Source of the DNA: Octopus bimaculoides | Lineage: Eukaryota | Reading direction: 5' to 3' | Assembly: GCF_001194135.2 (NCBI RefSeq) | Contig: NC_068988.1 | Coordinates: 82,285,818-82,320,231 of the forward strand | DNA: 34,414 bases | In this document: piece after piece, positions 19,193 through 31,438 of the stretch | Numbering within the stretch: the stretch's first letter is position 1 | How the letters are laid out: the number at the start of each line of letters is the position of its first letter | Made by a program: the position numbers and the translations under genes | Notes under the pieces: model-generated | Seen by the model: only the letters and a program-made list of their open reading frames with translations | Told to the model about the DNA's origin: nothing | Databases searched by the model: none

Positions 19193-20625
19193 AAGTGAAA
19201 CATTTATAACAATATATTGCAATGTTTCTCAAACTTTTTTAACTGTCACACCACTTCTTATACTGACACCCTGTCACACCCTCTCTTTGTTATAATTAAC
19301 TTAAAATTAAATACATGACATGTATATATGCAAAGTGATGTATATACTAGTGATGTTCTTATCTAATGCTGCAGGTGCAGTAACTCTCTTTATTACATGT
19401 ATAGAAAAAAAACACAAATTTCAACAATTTTTAAAAATTATACTTTTGTATATTGTGTATAATTTACATGCAATTGTGGTATATATTCTGTTTTGTTTGC
19501 TTACTTATTCACATTTCAAAGAATATTGTTACCATTGGTGTAGTTGTTATTGTTACTGCTGTTGCAGTTGCAACTGTGGATAACAAGCTGTTTATCCGAA
19601 TATTACATTTAAATTGCTTTTACAGTTAATATTTAAATAGGGGGCAAAGGCTAACATAAAGAATAGTACAGATGCCTCACTGACTACTGTCCCCTTTAGT
19701 CAAAGCACTCATATGAAATTTTCTACAGCTCTCCTCCACCCCACAATACCATCGGCCACTAATTTATATATAGGGTCAAACATTGTCACTTAAAGAGTTG
19801 TACATTTATATTTAACATATTTGTGAACACCTAAACATGGTGAGACTTTTACTGTGTTGTCTTAGAAGAAAAATTCTCATTATAAATATTAAAGACAACA
19901 GAAACATATCCCAATATTGTCTTTCAGTGAGTTTCCACATGCACACATTGTTTACAGCACAAATTTCTCTTTAGAAGGAGTTAGTGTAGTGATGGTCTTT
20001 CCATGTTTGAATGTATACAAACATATTACATATAAATGTACACAGCTTTATTTTAATTATTGCTCCTTAGTGTGCCTTTAAATGATTAGTTTTAGCTTGA
20101 CAAAGCTTTGCATCTATCAGCAAATTTATTATTTGTTGTTTACATACAAAATGGCAGTTTTTAGCGGGATATGAAAAACGGATAAGATAATATCTGTATT
20201 TATTGAAGCATAATCACATCAAAACATGTGTCCTACAGTCTGATAATATAATTCAAGGACCAACTTAGTGTATTTTCATACTCATTGTCTATAAAGAGAA
20301 TTTGTCTTCTGAGATAGTTACCACAGCAAAACTTTATCCACATTTGCATACACACATACGTGTTGAATATAAGTACACACAGCTTTATTTTAAGCATCAC
20401 TGCTTAATATGTCTTTAATTAGCAGTCACTTAACTTTTCTCCTGATTGGCATTATTTTATGGGAAGTACAATTACTATGCATAGAATTTCATTCTATGAG
20501 AATGAAATTATTACACAGACTATTGTTGAGGAGGAATTAAAGAGTAAAGAAACTCCTCCACTAGTCATGAATGACCATGGGATTGCACATAGAATGTTAT
20601 CCTCCAAGGCACGAGTCAGGCAAGG

Positions 20626-20885
20626 TTGCTGGTGGAAGATCTGCAGTTGCCCATGCATACCAGCCTTCCCTCTCCATGCCACCGATGTTATCCAAGGGAA
20701 AGGCAAAGGCCAATACAGCTTGACACCAGTGACATTGAAATATATTTCTACAGCTGAATCAACTGAAGCAACGTGAAATAAAGTGTCTTGCTCAAGAACA
20801 CAACACACAGTCCAGTGCAGGAATCAAACTCACTACCTCATGATTGTGAGTATGGTACTCTAACCACTGAGCCATGCACCTTCAC
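20626..20885 (-). mobile_element. tRNA-derived SINE (CORE-like body, distinct tail with CCTTTGCCTTTCCCTTGGATAAC)
   Basis: Minus-strand head GTGAAGGTGCATGGCTCAGTGGTTAGAG...GTTTGATTCC, then TGTGTTCTTGAGCAAGACACTTTATTTCACGTTGC. Confidence 0.75.
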
Positions 20886-20893
20886 AGAAGGAA

Positions 20894-21121
20894 TTAACAC
20901 TTTAGCAATTAATCCGGCCATATCTGGACCAAATATTCTACCTTTTTTATGTTAAAACTGACCGAATCCAACCTCTTACACCTACCCTACAAAGTCATTC
21001 TAAAAATACATAAACACACCATTAAAATGTTGAAGCTACACGATGATGTGTGATTAATTCAAAACAATGTGAATAAATAAGCAATACATTTCACAAAGAA
21101 ATCTGAATGCTAACGGGTTAA
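20894..21121. mobile_element. piggyBac-type non-autonomous element (MITE), 220 bp, TTAA TSD
   Basis: TTAA|CACTTTAGCAATT ... AATGCTAACGGG|TTAA: imperfect 12-bp TIRs, TTAA on both sides, no ORF. Confidence 0.6.
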
Positions 21122-21140
21122 TGAGAGAGAGACAGGAAAC

Positions 21141-21360
21141 TATTATACTTTTCTACTCTAGGCACAAGGCCCAAAATTTTGGGGAAGGGACCAGTCGAAT
21201 AGATCAACCCAGTATGCAACTGGGACTTAATTTATTGACCCTGAAAGGATGAAAGGCAAAGTCGACCTTGGCGGAGTTTGAACTCAGAATGTAAAGACAG
21301 ACAAAATACCACTAAGCATTTTGCTTGGCATGCTAACGTTTCTGCCAGCTCGCCGCCTTA
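21141..21360 (-). mobile_element. tRNA-derived SINE, same family as 1751-1968
   Basis: GAAAGGATGAAAGGCAAAGTCGACCTTGGCGGAGTTTGAACTCAGAA...CGTTTCTGCCAGCTCGCCGCC. Confidence 0.8.
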
Positions 21361-21535
21361 ACAAGAAACTATTATAAGCAAGACAAGCAGGGATTAGGAT
21401 CAGCAAATCAAAACTGAAATATTATTTTAGAGATGCAAGACTGGAGTTCCTCTTCACTAAATAATAACAAGCACAAACCAAGTTCCTCTCCCCTACACAA
21501 TAACAAACACAAACCCTGTGTCAGAATTAACTCTT

Positions 21536-21752
21536 TTACTCTTTTACTTGTTTCAGTCATTTGACTGTGGCCATGCTGGAGCACCGTCTTTAGTCAAACA
21601 AATTATTTTTTGCAAAGCCTGGTACTTACTCTATCGGTCTCTTTTACTAAACTATTAAGTTATGGGGATGTAAATACACCAACACCTGTTGTCAAGCAAT
21701 GGTGGAGCACAAAAACAAATATGTAGACACAAACACACATAAAGACACGCAC

Positions 21753-21785
<33 letters not shown>

Positions 21786-21817
21786 TATATATGAGAGGCT
21801 TCTTTCAGTTTTCCCTC
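21536..21817 (-). mobile_element. 3' part of the composite SINE family of 3991-4441
   Basis: CTTTTACTTGTTTCAGTCATTTGACTGTGGCCATGCTGGAGCACC...TTGTCAAGC...(CA)n...GGCTTCTTTCAGTTT. Confidence 0.75.
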
Positions 21818-22135
21818 CACCAGACATACACACTCACATATATACAAATATGTGTCTATGTGTGTGTATCTATAAATACATGTATGTATATATGTATGTA
21901 TGTACGTATGTATGAATGTATGTATGTACGTACGTACACATGAATGTTTTATGCTCTTCTCTTTCTCTTTTTAATGTAGAGTAAATCTTGACAGCCACCT
22001 ACTTGGGAGCAAGGTTGTGAAGGAAAATATCTTGTTTTAACTATTATCCTTTAAATCTTAAGATCTTGCAGGTTTTTATTATCTACATATGTGTATGTAT
22101 GGGCATATAAATAAATATAAATACATATATGTAGT

Positions 22136-22167
<32 letters not shown>

Positions 22168-22409
22168 TGTATGTATGTATGTATGCATGCAGGTAGGTAG
22201 ACAGGCAGGTAGGTAGGTAGGTAGGTAGGTAGGTATGTGCATCTGTGTATGTGTATCTGATTCTGTATATAAAACCATCTACAATGACAGCCACACCTAT
22301 ATATGAATACATTCATATTTTACATTTTATCAGATATTTAAAAAATTATTGATTTCATCTATGTAATCCTTTCAGAATTTTATTGTGACCCATTTTGTAT
22401 CATGACCTA

Positions 22410-22640
22410 TAGATTGGGAATCTCTGCTCTATGTTAATCACATGGACTGGTAGAAATAGCAGCCAAGTTTCCCTCAAATTATACATTACTGTCATAGACA
22501 AGGTACACATTTCAAGCAATGTGTACTTTCTCCAAGTTATATACTGCATGAAAAAGTTGAGTTGGTCATTGGTGAAAACATCTTTGATCACTGGACTGTT
22601 CAAGCCAGGCCAGCCTGGGGCTAAACAACAATAAAAAGCA
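22410..22640 (+). pseudogene. Decayed RTE/BovB-type LINE C-terminus
   Basis: SMLITWTG, PSFPQIIHY and DHWTVQARPAWG*TTIK across frames resemble the ML..LRWxGH / RLPKQILY / WExLAxDRxxWR motifs. Confidence 0.4.
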
Positions 22641-23257
22641 CATGTATTCAATGTCAGGTGTAACCTGATATCCACATTTTTCTAACACATTATCACTACA
22701 TTGTGTAAACATGTTGAAACATATGAAATGGAAATACATCCAACATACAATATAAACAGACAAGAATGTTTCAAAGATTCTAAGAACTAAGGAAATTATT
22801 CCAAAAATAAATAAAAAAATAAATAAAACAAAGAACCTTGCCATTCCAGCTTATAATGAGTTTGTCTTTTAGTGTCTCTGATTATATTAGAATTGTGAAG
22901 TAAGTACATAACTGTGAAGAGAGAAATAAACTTGGCAAACATTCAGCAAAGAACGATAGAAATCTCTTGCAGATTTAAAGATATCTTTGAAACCTGTCTA
23001 GCAAAAGGTAAAATACTGTAACAGTATTGTCAGAGAAGGAGGGTCGGTTAGATAACAAGAGAAAACTGCAGAGACAGAAAAAGATATATATACATACATT
23101 TTCATACATACATACAGGGAATTACCCTACTTACTTACCAACATAATATACACACACAAACACACACCCACACACACGCACGCATATGTATACATACACA
23201 CATACATATACACTATACATATACATATATACACACATATATATAGATATATATATA

Positions 23258-23292
<35 letters not shown>

Positions 23293-23725
23293 GTATGTGT
23301 ATATATATGTATATNNNNNNNNNNNNNNNNNNNNNNNNNNNNNNNNNNNNNNNNNNNNNNNNNNNNNNNNNNNNNNNNNNNNNNNNNNNNNNNNNNNNNN
23401 NNNNNNNNNNNNNNNNNNNNNNNNNNNNNNNNNNNNNNNNNNNNNNNNNNNNNNNNNNNNNNNNNNNNNNNNNNNNNNNNNNNNNNNNNNNNNNNNNNNN
23501 NNNNNNNNNNNNNNNNNNNNNNNNNNNNNNNNNNNNNNNNNNNNNNNNNNNNNNNNNNNNNNNNNNNNNNNNNNNNNNNNNNNNNNNNNNNNNNNNNNNN
23601 NNNNNNNNNNNNNNNNNNNNNNNNNNNNNNNNNNNNNNNNNNNNNNNNNNNNNNNNNNNNNNNNNNNNNNNNNNNNNNNNNNNNNNNNNNNNNNNNNNNN
23701 NNNNNNTATATATATATACATATAT

Positions 23726-23884
23726 ACGACAGGCTTCTTTCAGTTTCCGTCTACCAAATCCACTCACAAGGCTTTGGTCGGCCCGAGGCTATAGTAGAAG
23801 ACACTTGCCCAAGGTGCCACGCAGTGGGAAAGAACCTGGAACCATGTGGTTGGTAAGCAAGCTACTTACCACACAGGCACTCCT
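23726..23884 (-). mobile_element. CORE-like tRNA SINE (head and body), well preserved
   Basis: GGCTTCTTTCAGTTTCCGTCTACCAAATCCACTCACAAGGCTTTGGTCGGCCCGAGGCTATAGTAGAAGACACTTGCCCAAGGTGCC. Confidence 0.85.
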
Positions 23885-23889
23885 ATATG

Positions 23890-23958
<69 letters not shown>

Positions 23959-24734
23959 GTGTGTGTGCACATATGCACACACAGATTCACACAGGGAGTG
24001 GTGATAGGAAATGCTATAGAAATATAAACTAACAGTTACATCTGAAATATGGAAACAAAATAAATACTTAATAATAAAACCTAATTGACTGAATCAGACC
24101 AAGATATGTTTGTGTTGTTGTTTTTCCTCTTTTATAATCTCTTAGCACTGCCCAAATATAACTTGGACTTAACGGCATAAAATGTTTATGTGTGTATGCA
24201 CACTCATAATACACATGAACACACACACACACACACACATGTATACATACACATACATACACATGCACACACATACACACACACACATGCGTGTTTAATA
24301 TGAGCTAAGTACATGATTGTTGACCAATGAATTTGTGTCTTAAAAGAGTCACATTCCTACTTTAAAAACAAACTATTTTTATCGCAACAGCTAGAATGGA
24401 CATATTTCACAACACAGCTCCATATACTATACACATCTGAAAATTTGATATGAAACCAGTCAAGTGTATTCCTATATTTTAAAATATAATTAAATTCTAA
24501 TTAATACTAATATACTCTCTGTGCATTTTCACCTTCATTTCTTGTGTGTGTGTTTGTGTGCGTGTGTGTGTACATATGTATATATGTAAACATAGAGAGG
24601 TGAGGAGAGGGAGAGAGGGAGTTTACAGTCCCATTATAGATAGAAAGAAGTATTGCGTCCAGTGAGAGATAAATATCATTTAATATACACAATTTACAAG
24701 AGAGCTACTAATAGTTTCATACTTTAAGAAACAT

Positions 24735-24960
24735 TAAATTGGCATGTCCACCTTTCCATGCTGGCATCGGTCAGATGGAATTCAATGAGGCAGAATTTCT
24801 GTTGCCAGATGTCCTTCCTATCACCAACTCCCAAATAAGATATTTCCTCTGTCCATTCATATTTTCATAACAGACTGGAATCAAATAACACCATCTGTAT
24901 GACAGTGGAACCCACTGGTAACTGTCACACAATGTCAAGACAAGGAGACACAAGCAAGCA
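24735..24960 (-). mobile_element. Degenerate V-domain-like SINE copy
   Basis: TTTCCATGCTGGCATCGG...CCAGATGTCCTTCCTATCACCAAC matches the 25437 copy. Confidence 0.5.
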
Positions 24961-25139
24961 CACACACACACACACACACACATGGAAGATTTGATGGAGA
25001 AATGGAGAAATGCAAAGTTGGTACAGTTAAGATAATATTGTATATAATTGTCGTTGATAATTGTTTAATGGTAACTTACACAGGGATCTCTACCAACATC
25101 ATGAAAGTCTATGGATTGACATCATTTTTGTGATGTGCA

Positions 25140-25420
25140 AGGTAATGGCATGGTCAGGTATGAACATCTGGCCATATGTGAGGACCTCTTCATCCATCAA
25201 AACAATCACATAAACTGACTTTCAGATACAAAAAGCAGACCACAATGAATCTACCCACCACGAGAAGCTGTCCTCTCCTAGTCAGGTGCAAAACTTCAGG
25301 GCTGTCACCTTTCATGTTAACAGGATAAAAATTCTGAAGATGTTGTGGAGATGCCAGAGCAGAGACAAATATATGTTTGTTGTGTACAAGTGGTAAGATG
25401 GAGAGCAACTTTGGCCAGAC
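25140..25420 (+). pseudogene. Possible decayed RTE-type LINE 3' fragment
   Basis: SGHM*G... with spacing similar to the RTE C-terminus; weak. Confidence 0.3.
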
Positions 25421-25436
25421 TCTCCAGGGGCAATGA

Positions 25437-25664
25437 ATCATCATCGTCCTTTAACGTCCGCTTTTCATGCTGGCATGGGTTGGACAGTTTGACTGAGAAC
25501 TGGTAAACCGGGTGGCTGCACCAGGCTCCAATCTGATTTGGCAAGGTTTCTACAGCTGGATGTCCTTCCTAATGCCAACCACTCTGAGAGTGTAGTGGGT
25601 GCTTTTACGTGTCACCCGCATGAAGGCCAGTCAAGCGGTACTGGCAACGGCCACGCTCAAAATG

Positions 25665-25668
<4 letters not shown>
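25437..25668 (-). mobile_element. V-domain-like SINE with (CAT)n tail, same family as 15705-16022
   Basis: GTTTCTACAGCTGGATGTCCTTCCTAATGCCAACCACTCTGAGAGTGTAGTGGGTGCTTTT. Confidence 0.8.
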
Positions 25669-25697
<29 letters not shown>

Positions 25698-25716
25698 CTC
25701 ATATAGATATATATAG

Positions 25717-25773
25717 CTAGGGTGTTTGAAACACCTACATTGCTAAAGAATGTAGGTGTTTCTAACATCCTAG
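25717..25773. other. 57-nt near-perfect hairpin (25-bp stem, 7-nt loop)
   Basis: CTAGGGTGTTTGAAACACCTACATT-GCTAAAG-AATGTAGGTGTTTCTAACATCCTAG; 23/25 Watson-Crick pairs. Confidence 0.85.
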
Positions 25774-25836
25774 TCATATTTCGTTACAATTATGGTTTTC
25801 CTTTTTGCTAAATATTGCATACCATTGTCTCTCTTA

Positions 25837-25879
<43 letters not shown>

Positions 25880-25929
25880 CATTACTTTCTGACTCACTCT
25901 CATACAGGGAATAAAGAGAGAACAAGGCC

Positions 25930-26130
25930 TCTGAATTTTAGATGAATGAAGACTTTTGGTGTTGCGGATGACTTCAGAAAACCAGCAAGGCCTTTCCTGA
26001 TGAAAAATGTACCATTGATGTAGACCAGTGAAGACTGTATCACTCACATAGAATATCTAGCCCCTACAAGAAAATAAGAGTTAGGCAGACCCAGAGACAA
26101 AAGATAAACTGAAGTTGGAAGGTACAGAAG
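25930..26130 (+). pseudogene. Possible decayed RTE-type LINE C-terminus
   Basis: ...LAPTRK*ELGRPRDKR*TEV resembles the KRxxGRPRKRWxExV motif. Confidence 0.3.
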
Positions 26131-26415
26131 CTGTTCTCTCTGCCAAGTGTAAGTTCAGAAAAGTACTGAGTGACATGTATTATGAGGAGGCGGTGGAGAT
26201 AGGGTTATAAACATATGCTTTAGATATAGATTCCAGACTAATATATGTGGTTTGTATATATATATGTATATACATATATATATATATATATACATTTATC
26301 TGTATCTAGGTTGGTATGTTTGTCATGTGTGTGTATGTGTAGTTTTATGTGCATGCATGAGTGTGTATGTATGGATCTTGTCAGTCCTGATTGAGATGGT
26401 TGGGATGGTTTGCTC

Positions 26416-26457
<42 letters not shown>

Positions 26458-26626
26458 GGTATGTAGGTGGTTGTAAATGTTTGTCACGTGTGGGTGTATA
26501 GTTTTGTATATCTATATATATGTATACACAAGTATTTGTGTGTATGATGTATGCATATACAAGTCTGAGTGAGATTCTCTATTTATATATATGGTGTGCG
26601 CATGCGTAGTTTCTTATACATATCAT

Positions 26627-26686
<60 letters not shown>

Positions 26687-26932
26687 NNNNNNNNNNNNNN
26701 NNNNNNNNNNNNNNNNNNNNNNNNNNNNNNNNNNNNNNNNNNNNNNNNNNNNNNNNNNNNNNNNNNNNNNNNNNNNNNNNNNNNNNNNNNNNNNNNNNNN
26801 NNNNNNNNNNNNNNNNNNNNNNNNNNNNNNNNNNNNNNNNNNNNNNNNNNNNNNNNNNNNNNNNNNNNNNNNNNNNNNNNNNNNNNNNNNNNNNNNNNNN
26901 NNNNNNNNNNNNNNNNNNNNNNNNNNNNNNNN

Positions 26933-26999
<67 letters not shown>

Positions 27000-27576
27000 C
27001 ATATACATATACATACATACACATACACAGGGGAGAGAGGGAGAGAAAGTTGGAGAAAGGGAGAGAAAATGAGAGAGAGGTTGAGAAAGTGGTAAGAGAA
27101 GGAGAAAAAGTGAGACAGAGGGAGAGAAAGACCGACAAAGACAAGCAGACTTTGGTGGGAAAAAAATAAATATTTTATTTAAAGCTAAGAACTTCAGTTA
27201 TTTACTGGGCAATATGTTATATATTGTGTTTGTATTGCATTTTATAGTAGAATCTTTATAAAATATTTCCTCTACTGAATGTTTGAATAAAGAAACTTAT
27301 TGAAGAAATTCAAAGGAAATAAATATATGCTTTCAGACGTTTTTAGCAGAGAACAATACCCATGAAAATGATAATAATAAAAGTAGCAACTACAACAATA
27401 ATAAGCTCTATATTAATAAGTAGGTGTTTATTTTAGGTCAAGACATACTTCCTGGTACCATACCACACCTATATCATAGTAACTGTTCAAGAAATATTGC
27501 ATTATATCATAACAAAAACTTAAATGACTTCTCATCCATTCCCACCTTCACAACTAATTCTTTGCTTGCACCTGTC

Positions 27577-27800
27577 ACCACCACCACCACCACCACCACC
27601 ACCACCATCACCACCATCATCATCATCAATGTTTTTAATGTCCACTTTTTTCCATTCTTGTATGGGTCAGACAGAGTTTAAGACACATTGCTTCTGGAAC
27701 CAATCCTGATCTGCTTCCAAGCGAGGGGTAATCGGAAATGAATGACACTGCATGTATGTCAGTGAAACTCACAACTGTCGACATTCGCAATCATGTTCAT
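27577..27800 (-). mobile_element. Old V-domain-like SINE remnant with (ACC)n(ATC)n tail
   Basis: TTTAATGTCCACTTTTTTCCATTCTTGTATGGGTCAGACAG resembles TTTAACGTCCGCTTTTCATGCTGGCATGGGTTGGACAG at 25453. Confidence 0.5.
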
Positions 27801-27917
27801 ACTTAAAGATAGACAGATAGACAAACACACAGACAAATGGATGGACAAACGGATGGACAGACGAACGGACAGACAGATGGACAGTCAGACAGATAGATGG
27901 ATAGATAGATATACAAA

Positions 27918-28050
27918 ACAGTTCTTTTAGTTTCTATCTAGCAAATTTATTCACATGGCTTTGATCAGTCCAAGGTACCACACAATGGGACTGAACCTAG
28001 AACCATATAATTGGGAAACAAGCTTCTAAACCACACAACTACGCCTGCAC
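27918..28050 (-). mobile_element. Degenerate CORE-like SINE
   Basis: TTCTTTTAGTTTCTATCTAGCAAATTTATTCACATGGCTTTG...GGGACTGAACCTAGAACCAT...CTAAACCACACAACTACGCC. Confidence 0.5.
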
Positions 28051-28822
28051 AACAATGGATTGAAAATAAATTAATAGAGTACCAGACAAAATTGTCTGCA
28101 GTATTTACTTTGTAGCAGGGCATGGGAGTTGACTTTATCTTTCATTTTCCTCTGAACAATTAGATTTTATCCAGAGAGGTTTTTCAACTCACTATTTACA
28201 TGATGCTGTAATTTGTAGTTTTATGCACTTCCATATTCATTATTCCAAAAATGAATTATTTCTCTTCCTCTCAAAAGTTTATAAAATTCCTATCATGCCA
28301 ACTTATAAGCAATTGTTTCAATTCTGTCCATTTTGACAAGTACTCTCTGTTCATACATACACACACACAAACACACACACATACACACACACACNNNNNN
28401 NNNNNNNNNNNNNNNNNNNNNNNNNNNNNNNNNNNNNNNNNNNNNNNNNNNNNNNNNNNNNNNNNNNNNNNNNNNNNNNNNNNNNNNNNNNNNNNNNNNN
28501 NNNNNNNNNNNNNNNNNNNNNNNNNNNNNNNNNNNNNNNNNNNNNNNNNNNNNNNNNNNNNNNNNNNNNNNNNNNNNNNNNNNNNNNNNNNNNNNNNNNN
28601 NNNNNNNNNNNNNNNNNNNNNNNNNNNNNNNNNNNNNNNNNNNNNNNNNNNNNNNNNNNNNNNNNNNNNNNNNNNNNNNNNNNNNNNNNNNNNNNNNNNN
28701 NNNNNNNNNNNNNNNNNNNNNNNNNNNNNNNNNNNNNNNNNNNNNNNNNNNNNNNNNNNNNNNNNNNNNNNNNNNNNNNNNNNNNNNNNNNNNNNNNNNN
28801 NNNNNNNNNNNNNNNNNNNNNN

Positions 28823-29152
28823 TCATAGGATCGCGGTTTCGATTCCCAGACCGGGTGTTGTGAGTGTTTATTGAGTGAAAACACCTAAAGCTCCATGAAG
28901 CTCTGGCAGAGAATGCTGGCAACCCCTGCTGTACTCTTTCACCACAACTTTCTCTTACTTCCCATTTCTGTTGTGCCTGTAATTCAAAGGGTCAGCTTTG
29001 TCACACTGTGTCACGCTGAATATCCCCAAGAACTACGTTAAGGGTACACGTGTCTGTGGAGTGCTCAGCCACTTGCACGTTAATTTCACGAACTGGCTGT
29101 TCCGTTGATCGGATCAACTGGAACCCTCGACGTCGTAAGCGACGGAGTGCCA
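28823..29152 (+). mobile_element. tRNA-derived SINE (5' end in gap); tail shared with 9003-9329 but different body
   Basis: B-box GGTTTCGATTCCC; tail GTCACACTGTGTCACGCTGAAT...CCACTTGCACGTTAATTTCACG...GATCAACTGGAACCCTCG. Confidence 0.8.
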
Positions 29153-29275
29153 ACAACAACAACAATATACATACACACACAAACACACACAGACACATAT
29201 ATGTACAGTTTTCAATTACTCCCTCGTTATCATTCATTACAGACTTTCATCATTCTCTCTCTCTCCCTCTCCCTC

Positions 29276-29306
<31 letters not shown>

Positions 29307-29845
29307 TCTCTCACCAAAGACAAAATAAACCTCTGGTGCTAGTGAAAAGAGACAATATTATGTTGAGAGAGCCTCTGAATCTTGCCAGGGACAAAGGAGC
29401 CACACTAGTGTAGGTGCCACAATAACATGCACCTTCTACACTCTATAATGTGGTTAGCAACATAGTACAGAGAAAACTCATTAGTCATGTTAAAGGCATT
29501 ACAGTATCACTGAAGCTATAGAATGCAACAAGCATACCCCCTGTAAATGATGAATGGCATTTGCTAAAGAAATCATGCTAAGAATATAACCTACTCAGTT
29601 TGTGGCAACAAGTAAAATGAGGATGTTTGGTTTTACGTGAGGGTCAAACAAAAGATTGATACGATACATTGTTATATATGTATTTTGTTTGCTATTTTTG
29701 TTAATTCACACTATAACAGGAATTACAGAAGAATCTACTGGTTTGTGGTAAAACACATACTTGTTTAAGAAGTATTAGGAAAATCTAGCTACCTTGAGAG
29801 CAAGATCTTACACCACACAAACACATGCCCACACACACTTTCATG

Positions 29846-29889
<44 letters not shown>

Positions 29890-31040
29890 NNNNNNNNNNA
29901 CGCACACACGCAAACACACACGCACACACACAAAACCAAACATATGTGAACATGTAATTTGCCTTCAAGACCTAAAAATAGGGCTAGATAGTAAGCAAAA
30001 ATGAAATGTTGAATGTTAATCCTCAAAGTAAAAAAAAGATTTAATCTGAGCCCACTTTAACACCATCACCTGGTCCTAGGATACCTTTAAAGGTGACAAC
30101 TTTGTTGATGGATAGTAGATTTATCACCCAGTCTAACATCACCGACTGATTCTTGGGGATCTTTAGTGGAATAGACTTAGTTCCAAGCTTTCAGTTCTAT
30201 GCCACTAGTCTAAGATTAACTTTCTCTCTTCCACCTACCAATTTCAGACACTAGGTGGTGGTGGTGGTGGTGGTGGCGGCGGCGGTGGCGGAGGTTGTTG
30301 TTGTAGTACTCTAACAAAAAGAATGTGGAGTACAAAGAGCAAAAGAGAAAAAAAATCTACCCTTTAACAGAAAACAATAACATTGTACAGAATATTGTAA
30401 AATTTATGGAAACACTGACAACAACAATAGCAATAATAACATTATTAATACACATTCATGCCATTTGCCAAATGAGCACATAAAAGAGAATTAATATTTC
30501 AGTAGGAAACATTAATATAATAAACAAATTTTAGAATAATAACAATAAAAAATTATAACATTTACACACACTTACATTATCCTCAAACAAATCTGCTTCA
30601 AATCCAGGTCCAATTCTACTTGTTTAAACTAACAAGTGCTTCATTTGGAACATTTAAGGAAGAGAACAGTCACATGGCAACATTATCTCATGAAAACGTA
30701 TGCTTTTCTACCAAAGCAAAGGAGAAAAGAAAGGTGATTTACCTGTGCCCTGCCATGATTATAGGGTCCACGTGTCTCCCAAAGAGTAATTAAAAGTAGC
30801 TCTTGATGACAGGTTGGAGTGAAATCTCCAACATAAGGGTGGAGAGAGAGAGTACAAATAGTACAATAGGCATTACTTTCAAAACTGATTTTCACCAGTA
30901 TATACATGATACAGCTATTTATAAACTGGCCCTTTATTTTCATAGAGCAACAGGGACAGGTGGTTAGTGCTGCTGTGGCTTTAAAATGACATGGAGCAAG
31001 GTTAGGTCACTATGAACATATATGCCCTCATGACTCCATG

Positions 31041-31275
31041 TGGAGGCACGTGGCTTAGTGGATAAGGTGTTGGGTTCATGATTGTAAGATTGTGGTTTTG
31101 ATTCCTGGACTGGGTGATGTGTTGTGTTCTTGAGCAAAACACTTTATTTCAGGTTGCTCCAAAAATGAACAATCCTGTGACAGACCAGAGTCCCATCCAG
31201 GTAGGGAATATATATGTCATGGGAACTGGGAAACCATCCTTTATCAGTCAATATGACTCAAGAAGGAAACTTTAC
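31041..31275 (+). mobile_element. tRNA-derived SINE (CORE-like body, further distinct tail)
   Basis: GGAGGCACGTGGCTTAGTGG...TTGATTCC...TGTGTTCTTGAGCAAAACACTTTATTTCAGGTTGCTCC, then CCTGTGACAGACCAGAGTCCCATCCAGG. Confidence 0.7.
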
Positions 31276-31392
31276 CATGACTTCACGTGACCACAAAACA
31301 ATTTAAGAATTATGCCATAAAGTAGGTACCAGAAGAAAAGTTCTAGCACTGATCGTTCAAAGCAAAAGAGATGAACTACTACATGTGCAGCA

Positions 31393-31438
31393 GTACTGTC
31401 ACAGGTGGTAGTAATGTACTGTCACAGGTGGTAGTAAT
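31393..31438. repeat. Perfect 23-bp tandem duplication
   Basis: GTACTGTCACAGGTGGTAGTAAT twice in succession. Confidence 0.95.

Noticed and set aside
19217-19240. hAT-like TIR CAATGTTTCTCAAACTTTTT
   Set aside because: No second TIR or 8-bp TSD identified.
22400-22675. Minus-strand 91-aa ORF/exon (PGWPGLNSPVIKDVF...) with good acceptor, phase-compatible with a candidate exon at ~11037-11148
   Set aside because: The + strand of this region reads as a decayed RTE C-terminus, the 11-kb piece also resembles an RTE remnant, donors are weak and no protein family is recognised.
25876-25906. Mariner-like TIR (TATGAGAGTGAGTCAGAAAGTAATGC, minus strand)
   Set aside because: Single end only; no matching TIR or transposase found nearby.
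27437-27478. + strand candidate exon GQDILPGTIPHLYH
   Set aside because: Short, weak donor, embedded in AAT/ACC low-complexity DNA.
30744-30826. Minus-strand candidate exon DFTPTCHQELLLITLWETRGPYNHGRAQ with GTAAAT donor
   Set aside because: No recognisable homology and no confidently linked neighbouring exons.
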